From contig VBKG01000327.1 of the NCBI GenBank assembly GCA_005879585.1, positions 11,932-75,931 on the forward strand: a DNA stretch of 64,000 nt. The letters run 5' to 3'. Under the pieces are notes generated by a model, which had not been told where the DNA came from, searched no databases, and worked only from the letters and a program-made list of their open reading frames with translations. The stretch is from Deltaproteobacteria bacterium (lineage in GTDB: Bacteria > Desulfobacterota > Binatia > DP-6). This document shows positions 11,301 through 30,908 of this stretch, piece after piece (positions within the stretch are counted from its first letter, which is position 1; every line of letters begins with the position of its first letter). A program made the translations under genes and the position numbers.

Positions 11301-11650
11301 GCTCCCGGGGCCTTGCGCGGCGCGGCAGGAGCCGCGGCGGCACCTGGCGCGCGCGGCGCCGCGGGGGCGGCACCTTCGACCTTGCCCTTGCGATCGCCCG
11401 AGTGGCCGTGGAACGTGCGCGTGGGTGCAAACTCACCGAGCTTATGGCCCACGGCGTTCTCCGTGATGAACACCGGGATGAACTTCCGTCCGTTGTGCAC
11501 GGCGAACGTGAAGCCGAGCATGTCCGGCGTGATCGTCGAGCGACGCGACCACGTCTTCACGACGCGCTTCTCGCCCGACTCGATCATCGCCCGCACCTTC
11601 TTCATGAGGTGGCCGTCGACGAAGGGGCCTTTCTTGATCGATCGTGCCAC
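11297..11650 (-). CDS. rpsS: 30S ribosomal protein S19 with Ala/Pro-rich C-terminal tail
   Basis: A GTG start gives (M)[18 protein letters not shown]... The S19 core ends ...[11 protein letters not shown] and is followed by a ~26 aa tail, [24 protein letters not shown]. The track ORF begins 31 codons upstream in-frame, which is unlikely to be real. Confidence 0.85.
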   Translation of the reverse strand: MARSIKKGPFVDGHLMKKVRAMIESGEKRVVKTWSRRSTITPDMLGFTFAVHNGRKFIPVFITENAVGHKLGEFAPTRTFHGHSGDRKGKVEGAAPAAPRAPGAAAAPAAPRKAPGA

Positions 11651-11658
11651 CGCGCCCC

Positions 11659-12483
11659 CTATTTCGTCTTCCGCCGCTGCAGGATCCAGCGGTCGGTGCG
11701 CTTGTTGTGGCGCGTCTTGTAGCCCTTCGTGGGCTTGCCCCACGGCGTCTGCGGATGATTGCCCTTCGAGCGGCCCTCGCCGCCACCGTGCGGGTGATCC
11801 ACGGGGTTCATCGCGATGCCACGAACACTCGAGCGCCGCCCGAGCCAGCGGATGCGCCCGGCCTTGCCGTACGAGATGTTCTCGTGTTCGAGGTTGCCGA
11901 CCTGCCCGATCGTCGCCCGGCAGGCTAGCCGCACCCGCCGGAGCTCGCCCGACGGGAGCTTCAGCAGCGCGTAGTCGCCTTCCTTGGCCATCAGCTGGAT
12001 CCCTGCACCGGCGCTCCGCGCGAGCTGGCCGCCCCGCCCCTCTCGGAACTCGACGTTGTGGACCGTCGTGCCGAGCGGAATGTTCGCGAGCGGCAGGCTG
12101 TTGCCCGGCTTGATGTCGGCCTTCGGTCCGGCCTCGACCTTGTCGCCCACGGCGAGCCCAACGGGGGCCAGGATGTAGCGCTTCTCGCCGTCGGCGTAGT
12201 GCAGGAGCGCGATCCGCGCGGAGCGGTTCGGGTCGTATTCGATGGCCGCAACCTTGGCCGGCACGCTCACCTTGTCGCGCTTGAAGTCGAGGATCCGATA
12301 GAGGCGCTTGTGGCCGCCGCCGCGATGGCGGATCGTCATGCGGCCGAGGTTGTTCCGCCCTCCCGACTTGCGAAGCGGCGCCGTGAGCGACGGCTCGGGC
12401 GCGTCCTTCGTGATCTCGTTGAAGTCCGGACCCGTCTGGAAGCGGCGGCCGGGCGACGTCGGGCGGAACTGGATGGTGGGCAT
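11659..12483 (-). CDS. rplB: 50S ribosomal protein L2
   Basis: 274 aa containing ...[22 protein letters not shown]... Confidence 0.93.
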   Translation of the reverse strand: MPTIQFRPTSPGRRFQTGPDFNEITKDAPEPSLTAPLRKSGGRNNLGRMTIRHRGGGHKRLYRILDFKRDKVSVPAKVAAIEYDPNRSARIALLHYADGEKRYILAPVGLAVGDKVEAGPKADIKPGNSLPLANIPLGTTVHNVEFREGRGGQLARSAGAGIQLMAKEGDYALLKLPSGELRRVRLACRATIGQVGNLEHENISYGKAGRIRWLGRRSSVRGIAMNPVDHPHGGGEGRSKGNHPQTPWGKPTKGYKTRHNKRTDRWILQRRKTK

Positions 12484-12488
12484 CCCGC

Positions 12489-12776
12489 TCAGGCTCCCTC
12501 GAAGAAGTCGATGCGGCTACCCTCGGCGAGCGTCACGTAGGCCTTCTTCCAGTTCGGCCGCCGACCGAGGTGACGCCCCACGCGCCGTGTCTTGCCGAGG
12601 AACCGGGACGTCCGCACCTTTTCGACCTTCACCTTGAACAGCATCTCGACGGCGTGTCGGATCTCCACCTTGTTGGCGCGGGGATGGACACGGAAGACCA
12701 CCTGGTTGCCGAGCTCGTTGACGAGCGTCCCCTTCTCCGTGATCACCGGACCCTGTACCACCTCGGCCGCATTCAT
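12489..12776 (-). CDS. rplW: 50S ribosomal protein L23
   Basis: 95 aa, [54 protein letters not shown]..., at the C-terminal part of track ORF 12489-13232. Coordinates are accurate to about 1 nt. Confidence 0.88.
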   Translation of the reverse strand: MNAAEVVQGPVITEKGTLVNELGNQVVFRVHPRANKVEIRHAVEMLFKVKVEKVRTSRFLGKTRRVGRHLGRRPNWKKAYVTLAEGSRIDFFEGA

Positions 12777-13435
12777 GACGCGCTCGACTTCGACGGCGCG
12801 AGCCGGCTCGCGATCTGCTCGAGCGCCGCGCGCGTGAAGACGATCTCGGCGTGCCCGAGAACGTCGTGGACGTTCAACCCCGCGACGCGGAGCACCTTCA
12901 CGCCGGGAAGATTGCGCGCCGCCCGCTCGATCGCGCTGTCCGCCTCGGGGAGCACGACGAGGACACTCGGCGCCTCGTCGAGGCCGAGTCCGGCAAGGCA
13001 TTCGACCATGTGCCGCGTCTTCGGCGCAGCGAGGCTGAGGCCGTCGACGACGAGCAGCTTGCCGGCGGCATGGCGCGCCGCGAGCGCGGCGCGGAGTGCC
13101 GCCTGCCGCGCGGACTTCGGCATCCGGTATGTGTAGTCGCGGGGCTGCGGCCCGAAGATCGTGGCGCCGCCAGCCCACAGCGGCGAGCGGATGCTCCCGG
13201 CGCGCGCACGACCCGTCCCCTTCTGCCGCCACGGCTTCTTGCCGCCGCCGCTGACGAAACCGCGCGTCTTGGTGGCCGCAGTGCCCGCCCGGCGAGCGGC
13301 GAGCTGGCTGCGCACCGCCTCGTGCAGCAGGTGCTCCCGCACCGGACCGGCGACCACGGCGGCGGGGACGGTCACGTCGCCGACGCGCTCGCGGGTCTGC
13401 GACAGCACCGGCAGGCTCACGGTCTCCTCCGTCAT
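12773..13435 (-). CDS. rplD: 50S ribosomal protein L4
   Basis: 220 aa starting [21 protein letters not shown], containing ...GGGKKPWRQKGTGRARAGSIRSPLWAGGATIFGP... The start was verified as cat at 13433-13435. Confidence 0.9.
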   Translation of the reverse strand: MTEETVSLPVLSQTRERVGDVTVPAAVVAGPVREHLLHEAVRSQLAARRAGTAATKTRGFVSGGGKKPWRQKGTGRARAGSIRSPLWAGGATIFGPQPRDYTYRMPKSARQAALRAALAARHAAGKLLVVDGLSLAAPKTRHMVECLAGLGLDEAPSVLVVLPEADSAIERAARNLPGVKVLRVAGLNVHDVLGHAEIVFTRAALEQIASRLAPSKSSAS

Positions 13436-14082
13436 GCCTCGCGCGCCTCCACGGCGTGCTTGTGGATCAGCACGGTGCCGTTCCGGGCGCCGGGCACGGC
13501 GCCACGGACGAGCAGGAGATTCTCCTCGGGTCTCACCGCGATGACCTTGAGATTCCGCGTGGTGACCCATTCGGCGCCGTACCGGCCCGCCATGCGCTTG
13601 CCCTTGAAGATGCGACCCGGGTAGGAGCGGTTGCCGATGGAGCCGCCGTGCCGGAAGTACTCGTGCGTGCCGTGTGACCCCGGAAAGCCCGCGAACTTGT
13701 GCCGCTTCATGACGCCCGCCGTGCCACGGCCCTTGCTGAGTCCGGCGACGTGCACGACCTCGCCCGGCTGGAACACCTCGCTCACCCGAACCTCGGCGCC
13801 GACCGCGGGCGGCTCGTCCCCGAGCAGCCGGAACTCCCGGAGCACCGTGAAGGCACCCGTCCCCGCCTTCTTGAATTGACCTTGCACCGCCTTCTGCAGC
13901 CGGCTCGGCTTCGCAGTGCCGAACCCGAGCTGCGCGGCGGCGTACCCGTCGCGCTCGCGCTGGCGGGTGGCAATCACCGTGCATGGTCCGGCCTGGATGA
14001 CGGTGACCGGCACGAGCACGCCCTCCGCAGTGTAGACCTGCGTCATGCCGAGCTTGCGTCCGATCAGACCGGGGAGCGCCAT
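13432..14082 (-). CDS. rplC: 50S ribosomal protein L3
   Basis: 216 aa starting [21 protein letters not shown]. Confidence 0.93.
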   Translation of the reverse strand: MALPGLIGRKLGMTQVYTAEGVLVPVTVIQAGPCTVIATRQRERDGYAAAQLGFGTAKPSRLQKAVQGQFKKAGTGAFTVLREFRLLGDEPPAVGAEVRVSEVFQPGEVVHVAGLSKGRGTAGVMKRHKFAGFPGSHGTHEYFRHGGSIGNRSYPGRIFKGKRMAGRYGAEWVTTRNLKVIAVRPEENLLLVRGAVPGARNGTVLIHKHAVEAREA

Positions 14083-14084
14083 GG

Positions 14085-14393
<309 letters not shown>

Positions 14394-14412
14394 GTCACGT
14401 TTACTCGAAGAT

Positions 14413-15603
<1,191 letters not shown>

Positions 15604-15631
15604 GGCGGTGTGTCCTCCGTCGCGCTCTTGG

Positions 15632-17737
15632 CTAACTCAGCTGCGAAGCCTCCGCGAAGCGCGTCCCTCCTTGCCGGAGCGCCTCGGGGCCGATGCCCTT
15701 CGGCACCGGCTCGTAGTGCGAGAACTGCATCGTGAAGGTCGCGCGACCCTGCGTGCGCGACCGGAGATCCGTGGCATAGCCGAACATCTCGGCGAGAGGC
15801 GCGTGCGCGGCGATCACCTGCGCGTTGCCGCGCGGCTCCTGGCCCGCGATGCGGCCGCGGCGTCGGTTGATGTCGCTGATGACCTCGCCCATGTACTCCT
15901 CCGGGGTCACGACCTCGAGCGACATGATGGGCTCGAGGATGACGGGCGACGCTTTGCCCATCGCCTCCTTGAAGGCCATCGAGCCCGCGATCTTGAACGC
16001 GATCTCCGAGGAGTCGACCTCGTGGTACGAGCCGTAGACGACGGTCGCCTTGACGTCGACGACGGGGTAGCCGGCAAGCATGCCCGACTCCATCGCCTCC
16101 TTGACGCCCTTCTCGATGGCGGGGATGTACTCGCGCGGGATGACGCCGCCCTTGGTGCCGTCGACGAACTCGAAGCCGCCACCGGCCGGCAGCGGCTCGA
16201 GCCGCAGCACGACGTGGCCGTACTGTCCGCGGCCGCCCGTCTGGCGGATGAACTTGGCCTCGTGCTCGACGGCCTTCCGGACCGTTTCCTTGTAGGCAAC
16301 CTGGGGCTTGCCGACGTTGGCGTCCACCTTGAACTCGCGGAGCAGCCGGTCGACGATGATCTCGAGGTGTAGCTCGCCCATGCCCGAGATGAGCGTCTGC
16401 CCGGTCTCGGTGTTGGTCGACACGCGGAACGACGGATCCTCCGTGGCAAGCTTGTGGAGGGACCCGCCGAGCCGCTCCTGGTCGACCTTCGTCTTCGGCT
16501 CGATGGCGATCGAGATGACGGGGTCGGGGAACTGCATGCGCTCGAGGACGATCGGCTTGCTCTCGTCGCAGAGCGTGTCGCCCGTGGTGGTGTCGCGGAG
16601 ACCGACGGCCGCCACGATGTCGCCCGCGTAGACCTCCTTGATCTCCTCGCGCTTGTTGGCGTGCATCTTGAGGAGGCGCCCGACGCGCTCCTTCTTCCCC
16701 TTCACCGAGTTGTAGACGTAGGAGCCCGACGTCATCACGCCCGAATACACGCGGAGGAACGTGAGCGTGCCGACGTACGGGTCGCTCATGATCTTGAAGG
16801 CGAGCGCCGTGAAGGGCTCGTCGTCGCGTGCGAGGCGCTCCTCCTCGTGACTCGAGTTCGGGTTGATGCCGCGGACGGGCGGCACGTCGAGCGGCGACGG
16901 CAGGTACGCGATCACCGCGTCGAGCAGCGGCTGGACGCCCTTGTTCTTGAAGGCGCTGCCGCAGACCACGGGGACGAGCTTCATCTGCAGCGTGCCGGCG
17001 CGGACCGCCGCGCGGATGTCCGTCTCGGAGATCGGCTCACCGTTCAGATAACGCTCCATGAGCGGCTCGCTGACGTCGGCAACCGCCTCGAGAAGCTGCT
17101 CGCGCGCCGCCTCGGCGGCGCCACGGACGTCGGCGGGGATCTCCTCCTCCCGGTAGCGCGCACCGAGGCTCTCGTCCTCCCACACCACCGCCTTCATGGT
17201 GACGAGATCGATGACGCCGCGGAAATCGTCCTCGATGCCGAGCGGCAGCTGGACCATGACCGGGTTGGCCCGGAGGCGCTCGCGAATCTCGCGGACGACG
17301 CGGTCGAAGTCCGCGCCGATGCGGTCCATCTTGTTGACGAAGGCGACACGCGGAACGTGGTAGCGGTCGGCCTGGCGCCAGACGGTCTCGGACTGCGGCT
17401 CGACGCCGCCGACGCCGCAGAACACCGCGACGGCGCCGTCGAGGACGCGCAGGCTCCGCTCGACCTCGATCGTGAAGTCGACGTGGCCGGGCGTGTCGAT
17501 GATGTTGACGCGGTGGTCCTGCCAGAAGCAGGTGGTGGCGGCGGACGTGATGGTGATGCCGCGCTCCTGCTCCTGCACCATCCAGTCCATGACGGCGGTG
17601 CCCTGATGGACCTCGCCGATCTTGTAGCTGATGCCCGTGTAGTAGAGGACGCGCTCCGTCGTCGTGGTCTTGCCGGCATCAATGTGGGCCATGATGCCGA
17701 TGTTGCGGGTCTTCTCGAGGGAAACGGCGCGGGGCAT
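15632..17737 (-). CDS. fusA: elongation factor G
   Basis: 701 aa, ...[24 protein letters not shown]... Confidence 0.95.
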   Translation of the reverse strand: MPRAVSLEKTRNIGIMAHIDAGKTTTTERVLYYTGISYKIGEVHQGTAVMDWMVQEQERGITITSAATTCFWQDHRVNIIDTPGHVDFTIEVERSLRVLDGAVAVFCGVGGVEPQSETVWRQADRYHVPRVAFVNKMDRIGADFDRVVREIRERLRANPVMVQLPLGIEDDFRGVIDLVTMKAVVWEDESLGARYREEEIPADVRGAAEAAREQLLEAVADVSEPLMERYLNGEPISETDIRAAVRAGTLQMKLVPVVCGSAFKNKGVQPLLDAVIAYLPSPLDVPPVRGINPNSSHEEERLARDDEPFTALAFKIMSDPYVGTLTFLRVYSGVMTSGSYVYNSVKGKKERVGRLLKMHANKREEIKEVYAGDIVAAVGLRDTTTGDTLCDESKPIVLERMQFPDPVISIAIEPKTKVDQERLGGSLHKLATEDPSFRVSTNTETGQTLISGMGELHLEIIVDRLLREFKVDANVGKPQVAYKETVRKAVEHEAKFIRQTGGRGQYGHVVLRLEPLPAGGGFEFVDGTKGGVIPREYIPAIEKGVKEAMESGMLAGYPVVDVKATVVYGSYHEVDSSEIAFKIAGSMAFKEAMGKASPVILEPIMSLEVVTPEEYMGEVISDINRRRGRIAGQEPRGNAQVIAAHAPLAEMFGYATDLRSRTQGRATFTMQFSHYEPVPKGIGPEALRQGGTRFAEASQLS

Positions 17738-17751
17738 GGTCGACGCAGCGA

Positions 17752-18222
17752 CTACCAGCGGTAGTGGGCGAAAGCCTTGTTGGCCTCCGCCATGCGGTGC
17801 GTGTCCTCCTTCTTCTTGACGGCGCCGCCGCGGCCGTTGGCCGCGTCGAGAATCTCGCCGCCGAGCTTGGCAATCATCGATTTCTCCGGACGCGTCCGGG
17901 CGTTCTGCACGATCCAGCGCATGGCGAGGGACATCCGGCGCTGCGGCCGGACCTCGACCGGAACCTGGTAGGTGGCACCGCCGACGCGCCGCGACCGGAC
18001 CTCCACGAGCGGCTTCACCTGCTCGAGCGCCCGCTTGAAGACACCGAGGGCATCCTCCTTGGCGCGATCGCTGACGATGGCGAGGGCGTCATAGAGGGTG
18101 CGTTCGGCGAGGCTCTTCTTGCCGTCCACCAGCAGCGCGTTGATGAACTTGCTCACCGTTCGATCGTGGTACTTGGGGTCGGGCAGGATGTCCCGACGCT
18201 TGACCTCACCTTTCCGTGGCAT
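17752..18222 (-). CDS. rpsG: 30S ribosomal protein S7
   Basis: 156 aa starting [18 protein letters not shown]. Confidence 0.93.
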   Translation of the reverse strand: MPRKGEVKRRDILPDPKYHDRTVSKFINALLVDGKKSLAERTLYDALAIVSDRAKEDALGVFKRALEQVKPLVEVRSRRVGGATYQVPVEVRPQRRMSLAMRWIVQNARTRPEKSMIAKLGGEILDAANGRGGAVKKKEDTHRMAEANKAFAHYRW

Positions 18223-18293
18223 GGCGGTTCAGTACACCCGCGGCCCGGGACCAGTACCGCGTCGCCGCGGTGCCGGCCCGAGGGCCGCCGTCC

Positions 18294-18665
18294 TCACTTC
18301 GGTCTTTTTGCTCCGTACTTCGAGCGGCCCTGACGCCGGTCCTGCACACCGATCGAGTCGAGGGTGCCGCGGATGATGTGATAGCGCACGCCGGGCAGGT
18401 CCTTTACGCGTCCCCCGCGGATCAGGACCACCGAGTGCTCCTGCAGATTGTGGCCGACGCCGGGAATGTACGACGTGACCTCGACGCCGTTGGTCAGCCG
18501 GACACGCGCGACCTTCCGCAAAGCGGAGTTCGGCTTCTTCGGCGTCTGCGTGTAAACGCGCGTGCACACGCCGCGCTTCTGCGGCGAGCCCTGCAGGGCG
18601 GGCGCGGCCTGCTTCGCACGCTTCCGCGCGCGCCCCTGCTTCACGAGCTGGTTGATGGTCGGCAT
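18294..18665 (-). CDS. rpsL: 30S ribosomal protein S12
   Basis: 123 aa, [39 protein letters not shown]... Confidence 0.93.
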   Translation of the reverse strand: MPTINQLVKQGRARKRAKQAAPALQGSPQKRGVCTRVYTQTPKKPNSALRKVARVRLTNGVEVTSYIPGVGHNLQEHSVVLIRGGRVKDLPGVRYHIIRGTLDSIGVQDRRQGRSKYGAKRPK

Positions 18666-18680
18666 CGGGCGAAATGACGA

Positions 18681-18709
18681 ATCCTAGGTGGCGCGCTCCT
18701 CGCTGTCAA
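18681..18709 (-). promoter_or_regulatory. putative sigma70-type promoter in rpoC-rpsL spacer (TTGACA-17 nt-TAGGAT)
   Basis: The minus-strand reading is TTGACAgcgaggagcgcgccaccTAGGATtcgtcatttcgcccgATG(rpsL). It has a perfect -35 and a 4/6 -10. Alternatively, AGGAT may serve as the rpsL ribosome-binding site instead. Confidence 0.3.
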
Positions 18710-18721
18710 TGTTTTGCCGCA

Positions 18722-22885
<4,164 letters not shown>

Positions 22886-22887
22886 GG

Positions 22888-23040
22888 TTAGCTCCTGTGG
22901 GGGCTCGTGCGGTGCTCGCTCGCTTCGCTCGCTGCGCTCCTCCGATGCCCCCACACCCCCTCGGCCAGCTCGAGCGCTCTCGCGCTCGGCCTCCCCGCCA
23001 TCGTCACGATCGTCATCTTCATGATCGTCATCGTCTCCAT
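22888..23040 (-). CDS. candidate 50-codon small ORF filling the rpoB-rpoC spacer ([50 protein letters not shown])
   Basis: The ATG lies 5 nt after the rpoB TGA, with GGAG 10 nt upstream. Its TAA stop is 2 nt before the rpoC ATG. GC at codon position 3 is ~90%, against ~50% at positions 1 and 2. Arguing against it, the sequence is low-complexity (AGCG repeats) and has 4 of 5 Arg as AGG/AGA. Confidence 0.25.
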   Translation of the reverse strand: METMTIMKMTIVTMAGRPSARALELAEGVWGHRRSAASEASEHRTSPHRS

Positions 23041-23045
23041 GCGCC

Positions 23046-27191
<4,146 letters not shown>

Positions 27192-27219
27192 CGATACGTC
27201 TCCACTGTCACGGGTCGTC

Positions 27220-27606
27220 CTACTTCAGCTCGACGGTGCCGCCGGCGTCCTCGATCTTCTTCTTGATCGCCTCGGCCTCGGCCTTCGGCACAGCTTCCTT
27301 GAGCGGCTTCGGAGCGCCATCGACCAGGTCCTTGGCCTCCTTGAGGCCGAGCCCCGTGAGTTCGCGGACCACCTTGATGACCTGGATCTTCTTCTCGCCG
27401 CCGCCGGTGAGGACGACCGTGAAGTCCTCCTTTTCGGGCGCCGCCGCCGCAGCCGCGCCACCGGCGGCCGGACCGGCCGCCGCGACGGCCACGGGCGCCG
27501 CTGCCGAGACTCCGAGCTCGACCTCGAGCTCCTTCACGAGCGCCGAGGCGTCGAGGAGGCTCATGTTCTTCAAGAAGTCCTTCACCTGCTCGCGCGTCAC
27601 GTCCAT
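27220..27606 (-). CDS. rplL: 50S ribosomal protein L7/L12
   Basis: 128 aa with an Ala-rich hinge and a C-terminal domain ...[40 protein letters not shown]. Confidence 0.93.
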   Translation of the reverse strand: MDVTREQVKDFLKNMSLLDASALVKELEVELGVSAAAPVAVAAAGPAAGGAAAAAAPEKEDFTVVLTGGGEKKIQVIKVVRELTGLGLKEAKDLVDGAPKPLKEAVPKAEAEAIKKKIEDAGGTVELK

Positions 27607-27636
27607 CGGATCGTCACTCCTTCCGTTCGGATACGG

Positions 27637-28185
27637 TCATTCAGCTTGAGGCGCCGCCGGAGACCCCGCGTCGCCCGCTCGCTTCGCCACGGCGTCGACC
27701 AGGCGGGCGAGCTGCGCGGCCGGCTCGTTCAGCGTCCGCAGGAGCTGCGTCGCGGGCGCCTGCAGCAGGCCGAGAAGCTGGGCGAGCAGCACCTCGCGGG
27801 GAGGCAGTGTCGCGAGGGCCTTCACCTCGGCCGCCGGTAGCACGCGCTCGCCGAAGACGGCGCCCTTGATCTCGAGCTTGGGCATCTCGTCGGCGAACTT
27901 GACGGCCAGCTTGGCGATCGCCACGGGGTCGCGGAAGCCGAGGATCATGGCGACGGGACCGTGCAGCAGCGGCTCGAACGACGGCCGTCGCGACTCCTCG
28001 ATCGCGCGCCGTGCGAGCGTGTTCTTGGCAACGCGGCAACGCCCGTCGGCGTCGCGCACCGCCTTGCGGAGACGCGTCATCTGACCGGCCGTGAGACCGC
28101 GGTAGTCCGCCAGCACGGCGACCGTCGCGCGCCGGAGGTCACCCTCGAGCTCCTGGACCGCTTCGACCTTCTCTGCTCGCCTCAT
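27637..28185 (-). CDS. rplJ: 50S ribosomal protein L10
   Basis: 182 aa starting MRRAEKVEAVQELEGDLRRATVAVLADYRGLTAGQMTRLRK. Confidence 0.9.
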   Translation of the reverse strand: MRRAEKVEAVQELEGDLRRATVAVLADYRGLTAGQMTRLRKAVRDADGRCRVAKNTLARRAIEESRRPSFEPLLHGPVAMILGFRDPVAIAKLAVKFADEMPKLEIKGAVFGERVLPAAEVKALATLPPREVLLAQLLGLLQAPATQLLRTLNEPAAQLARLVDAVAKRAGDAGSPAAPQAE

Positions 28186-28195
28186 CGCCCGTCCC

Positions 28196-28903
28196 TCAGG
28201 CCGTCGCCCGCACCGCGACAGGGTCGATCCGCACCGCGGGGCCCATGGTGGTGGAGAGGGCGACGCTCTGCAGGTAGTTGCCCTTGGCGGCCGCCGGCTT
28301 CGCGCGAAGGAGGCTCGTGAGCAGGGCGTGCGCGTTCTCGAGCAACCGCTCGGTGCCGAAGCTGCGCTTGCCGATCGGCACGTGCACTATGCCGGCCTTC
28401 TCGACGCGGAATTCGACCTTGCCGGCCTTCGCCTCGCGCACCGCCTTGCCGACGTCGAACGTCACGGTGCCGACCTTGGGGTTCGGCATCAGGCCGCGCG
28501 GACCGAGGATCTTGCCGAGGCGCCCGACCGCACCCATCATGTCGGGCGTGGCGATCGCGGTGTCGAACTCGAGCCACTGCTCTTCCTGTATCCGCTTGAT
28601 GACGTCGTCCGCGCCCACGTGGTCGGCACCGGCCTCCGTGGCCTCCCGCGCCTTGTCGCCCTTGGCGAGCACGAGCACCCGCACCGACTTGCCCGTGCCG
28701 TGCGGGAGGACGACCGTACCGCGCACGTTCTGGTCGGCCTGGCGAGGATCCACGCCGAGCTTCGCGGCGAGCTCCACCGTCTCGTCGAACTTCGCCGGCC
28801 CGTCGCCGGCCGCGATGGTGCGAACCGCTTCCTCGAGGGAATAGCGGCGCGTCCGCTCGATCTTGGCCGCCGCAGCACGATACCGCTTGCTTCGCTTCGC
28901 CAT
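28196..28903 (-). CDS. rplA: 50S ribosomal protein L1
   Basis: 235 aa starting [27 protein letters not shown]. Confidence 0.92.
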   Translation of the reverse strand: MAKRSKRYRAAAAKIERTRRYSLEEAVRTIAAGDGPAKFDETVELAAKLGVDPRQADQNVRGTVVLPHGTGKSVRVLVLAKGDKAREATEAGADHVGADDVIKRIQEEQWLEFDTAIATPDMMGAVGRLGKILGPRGLMPNPKVGTVTFDVGKAVREAKAGKVEFRVEKAGIVHVPIGKRSFGTERLLENAHALLTSLLRAKPAAAKGNYLQSVALSTTMGPAVRIDPVAVRATA

Positions 28904-28906
28904 GTC

Positions 28907-29329
28907 CTACACGACCTCGAGGCCGAGGCTCCGGGCCGTACCCTCGACCGTCCGCACGGCGGCCGCGACGTCGGCCGCCGTCAGATCAGGCATCTTCAAC
29001 CGGGCGATCTCCTCCACCTGCTGTCGCGTGACCTGCCCCACCTTTTTCTTGCCCGCCTCGCCCGAGCCCTTGTCGATGCCGGCAGCCCGTTTGAGCAGCA
29101 CCGCGGCGGGCGGCGTCTTGGTGATGAACGTGAACGAGCGGTCGGCGAACACCGTGATGATCACCGGGATGATGAGACCCGCCTGCGCCTGGGTCTGCGC
29201 GTTGAAGGCCTTGCAGAACTCCATGATGTTCACGCCGCGCTGACCGAGTGCCGGTCCGACCGGCGGGCTCGGATTCGCCTGGCCCGCCGGAATCTGCAGC
29301 TTGATCTCCGCGATGACCTTCTTCGCCAT
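28907..29329 (-). CDS. rplK: 50S ribosomal protein L11
   Basis: 140 aa, [43 protein letters not shown]... Confidence 0.93.
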   Translation of the reverse strand: MAKKVIAEIKLQIPAGQANPSPPVGPALGQRGVNIMEFCKAFNAQTQAQAGLIIPVIITVFADRSFTFITKTPPAAVLLKRAAGIDKGSGEAGKKKVGQVTRQQVEEIARLKMPDLTAADVAAAVRTVEGTARSLGLEVV

Positions 29330-29344
29330 CCGTTCAGCCTTCCC

Positions 29345-29896
29345 TCAAGCCTTCTCAACCTGGACGAAATCGAGCTCGACGGGTGTCGCGCGTCCGAAGA
29401 TGCTGATGAGCACGCGCAGCTTGCCCTTGTCGGGCTTCACTTCCTCGACGACGCCGTTGAAGTCCTGGAACGGGCCGTCGACCACCTTGACCTGCTCCCC
29501 ATGCTCGAAGAGGACCTTCGGTTTGGGCTTGACGGCGCCCTCTTCCATCTGATGCGTGATCTCCCGGACCTCGACCTCCGAGATGGGCGGGATGGAGTTC
29601 GGGTCCGTCCCCCCCCCGAGAAACCCGGTGACCTTGGGCGTGGATTTGACGATGTGCCACGTCTCGTTGTTGAGCCTCATGTTGACCAGGATGTAGCCGG
29701 GAAAGAACTTCCGGGACGACGTCTTCTTCTTCCCCTTCACGAGCTCGACCACCTTCTCGGAGGGGACCAGGATCTGGCCGAAGAGGTCCGGCTTACCGAG
29801 CGATCGAATTCGCTCTTCGAGCGCCGCCTTCACCTTGTGCTCATAGCCGGAGTACGTGTGCACCACGTACCAGTTGCGCGCGCCTTCCTCGGCCAT
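29345..29896 (-). CDS. nusG: transcription termination/antitermination factor NusG
   Basis: 183 aa starting MAEEGARNWYVVHTYSGYEHKV (NGN domain), ending in a KOW domain. The track ORF 29345-30427 is a spurious in-frame extension running through tRNA-Trp and rpmG. Confidence 0.9.
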   Translation of the reverse strand: MAEEGARNWYVVHTYSGYEHKVKAALEERIRSLGKPDLFGQILVPSEKVVELVKGKKKTSSRKFFPGYILVNMRLNNETWHIVKSTPKVTGFLGGGTDPNSIPPISEVEVREITHQMEEGAVKPKPKVLFEHGEQVKVVDGPFQDFNGVVEEVKPDKGKLRVLISIFGRATPVELDFVQVEKA

Positions 29897-30108
29897 CAAC
29901 TCAGCGCCCATCGGATGGCCACGGACAGCAAGAAGTCGACGAGCCCCAGGTAGATGCCCACGATGACCACACCGATGATGACCACGATCGTTGCCGCCTG
30001 CGTCTCCTTGCGGACAGGCCAGTGCACCTTCTTGAGCTCGGCCCAGCATTCTTCGAGAAACTCGCGCGACCGCGAGATCGGCTGCTTTAGCGATTCGATT
30101 GCGTTCAT
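29896..30108 (-). CDS. secE: preprotein translocase subunit SecE
   Basis: 70 aa with a single TM segment and the ...KKVHWPVRKETQAATIVVII... motif, immediately upstream of nusG. Confidence 0.88.
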   Translation of the reverse strand: MNAIESLKQPISRSREFLEECWAELKKVHWPVRKETQAATIVVIIGVVIVGIYLGLVDFLLSVAIRWALS

Positions 30109-30116
30109 AGTTGTCG

Positions 30117-30190
30117 CGGGTCAGGCAGGATTCGAACCTGCAACCCCCGGATTTGGAGTCCGGTGCTCTAACCGTTCGAGCTACTGACCC
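30117..30190 (-). tRNA. tRNA-Trp (anticodon CCA)
   Basis: The sequence folds by hand into a cloverleaf: acceptor GGGTCAG/CTGACCC, anticodon loop CTCCAAA, T-arm GCAGG-TTCGAAT-CCTGC. Confidence 0.85.
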
Positions 30191-30216
30191 CGCACGCCGG
30201 GTCGCACCCCCGGTCC

Positions 30217-30369
30217 CTAGACCTTCCCCTCCTTGTGGACCGTATGGCTGCGGCACGCCGAGCAGAACTTCCTCAGCGAGAGCTTGTCGGTCGTACGCTT
30301 CTTGTTTTTCGACGTGGTGTAGTTCTTCCTCTTGCAACCGTCGCAGACGAGCGTGATCAGATCGCGCAT
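30217..30369 (-). CDS. rpmG: 50S ribosomal protein L33 (zinc-ribbon form)
   Basis: A 50-aa ORF found by hand, [50 protein letters not shown], with a Cys4 motif. It sits between tRNA-Thr and tRNA-Trp. Confidence 0.88.
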   Translation of the reverse strand: MRDLITLVCDGCKRKNYTTSKNKKRTTDKLSLRKFCSACRSHTVHKEGKV

Positions 30370-30385
30370 GCGACCCCCTCGGCGG

Positions 30386-30458
30386 AGCCCACGACCGGAT
30401 TCGAACCGGTGACCTCTTCCTTACCAAGGAAGTGCTCTGCCGCCTGAGCTACGTGGGC
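30386..30458 (-). tRNA. tRNA-Thr (anticodon GGT)
   Basis: Cloverleaf with acceptor GCCCACG/CGTGGGC, anticodon loop TTGGTAA and T-loop TTCGAAT. Confidence 0.85.
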
Positions 30459-30460
30459 GG

Positions 30461-30532
30461 AGCGGGAGACGGGAATCGAACCCGCGACCCCGAGCTTGGA
30501 AGGCTCGCGCTCTACCACCTGAGCTACTCCCG
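30461..30532 (-). tRNA. tRNA-Gly (anticodon TCC)
   Basis: Acceptor GCGGGAG/CTCCCGC, anticodon loop CTTCCAA and T-loop TTCGATT. Confidence 0.85.
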
Positions 30533-30540
30533 CGTCTCGA

Positions 30541-30624
<84 letters not shown>

Positions 30625-30646
30625 GCATATGGCCTCTCGGCGCGCG

Positions 30647-30718
30647 AGCCGATGGTCGGAGTCGAACCGACGACCTGCTGATTACAAATCAGCTGCTCTA
30701 CCCCTGAGCTACATCGGC
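30647..30718 (-). tRNA. tRNA-Thr (anticodon TGT)
   Basis: Acceptor GCCGATG/CATCGGC, anticodon loop TTTGTAA and T-loop TTCGACT. Confidence 0.85.
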
Positions 30719-30865
30719 GGGCCCGGACGATCGATTGACTGCCGGCGCCCCACGCTCCCAGCCTTCCCGCGGAACCCTCCTCGGCCGCTTCCGGGCCGTT
30801 CAGTCCGAACCCGAACCGCTTAGTGGTGGGGAGAAATCCCCCTTAGATGGCGAACGAAATTTGCA

Positions 30866-30894
30866 TTCCTAACACCGGCCCCCAGGGCTGTCAA
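30866..30894 (-). promoter_or_regulatory. putative promoter of the tRNA/rpmG/secE-nusG... transcription unit (TTGACA-17-TAGGAA)
   Basis: The minus-strand reading is aattccTTGACAgccctgggggccggtgtTAGGAAtgcaaatttcg. The -35 is perfect and the -10 is weak. It lies ~145 nt upstream of the first tRNA. Confidence 0.25.
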
Positions 30895-30908
30895 GGAATT
30901 GCGGGGAC

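Noticed and set aside
22886-22954. A 23-codon in-frame N-terminal extension of rpoC ([23 protein letters not shown]).
   Set aside because: The conserved beta' N-terminus begins at MMEDLFSLF, which has a GGAG ribosome-binding site. The extension is low-complexity sequence with no start context.
28186-28195. An L10(L12)4 autoregulatory leader upstream of rplJ.
   Set aside because: The rplA-rplJ gap is only 10 nt, so there is no room for the known leader structure. This is recorded as an observation about compactness, not as a feature.
29897-30427. Upstream in-frame extension of the nusG ORF (track 29345-30427).
   Set aside because: The extension reads through secE, tRNA-Trp and rpmG, all of which are independently well supported. 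NusG homology starts at MAEEGARNWYVV.
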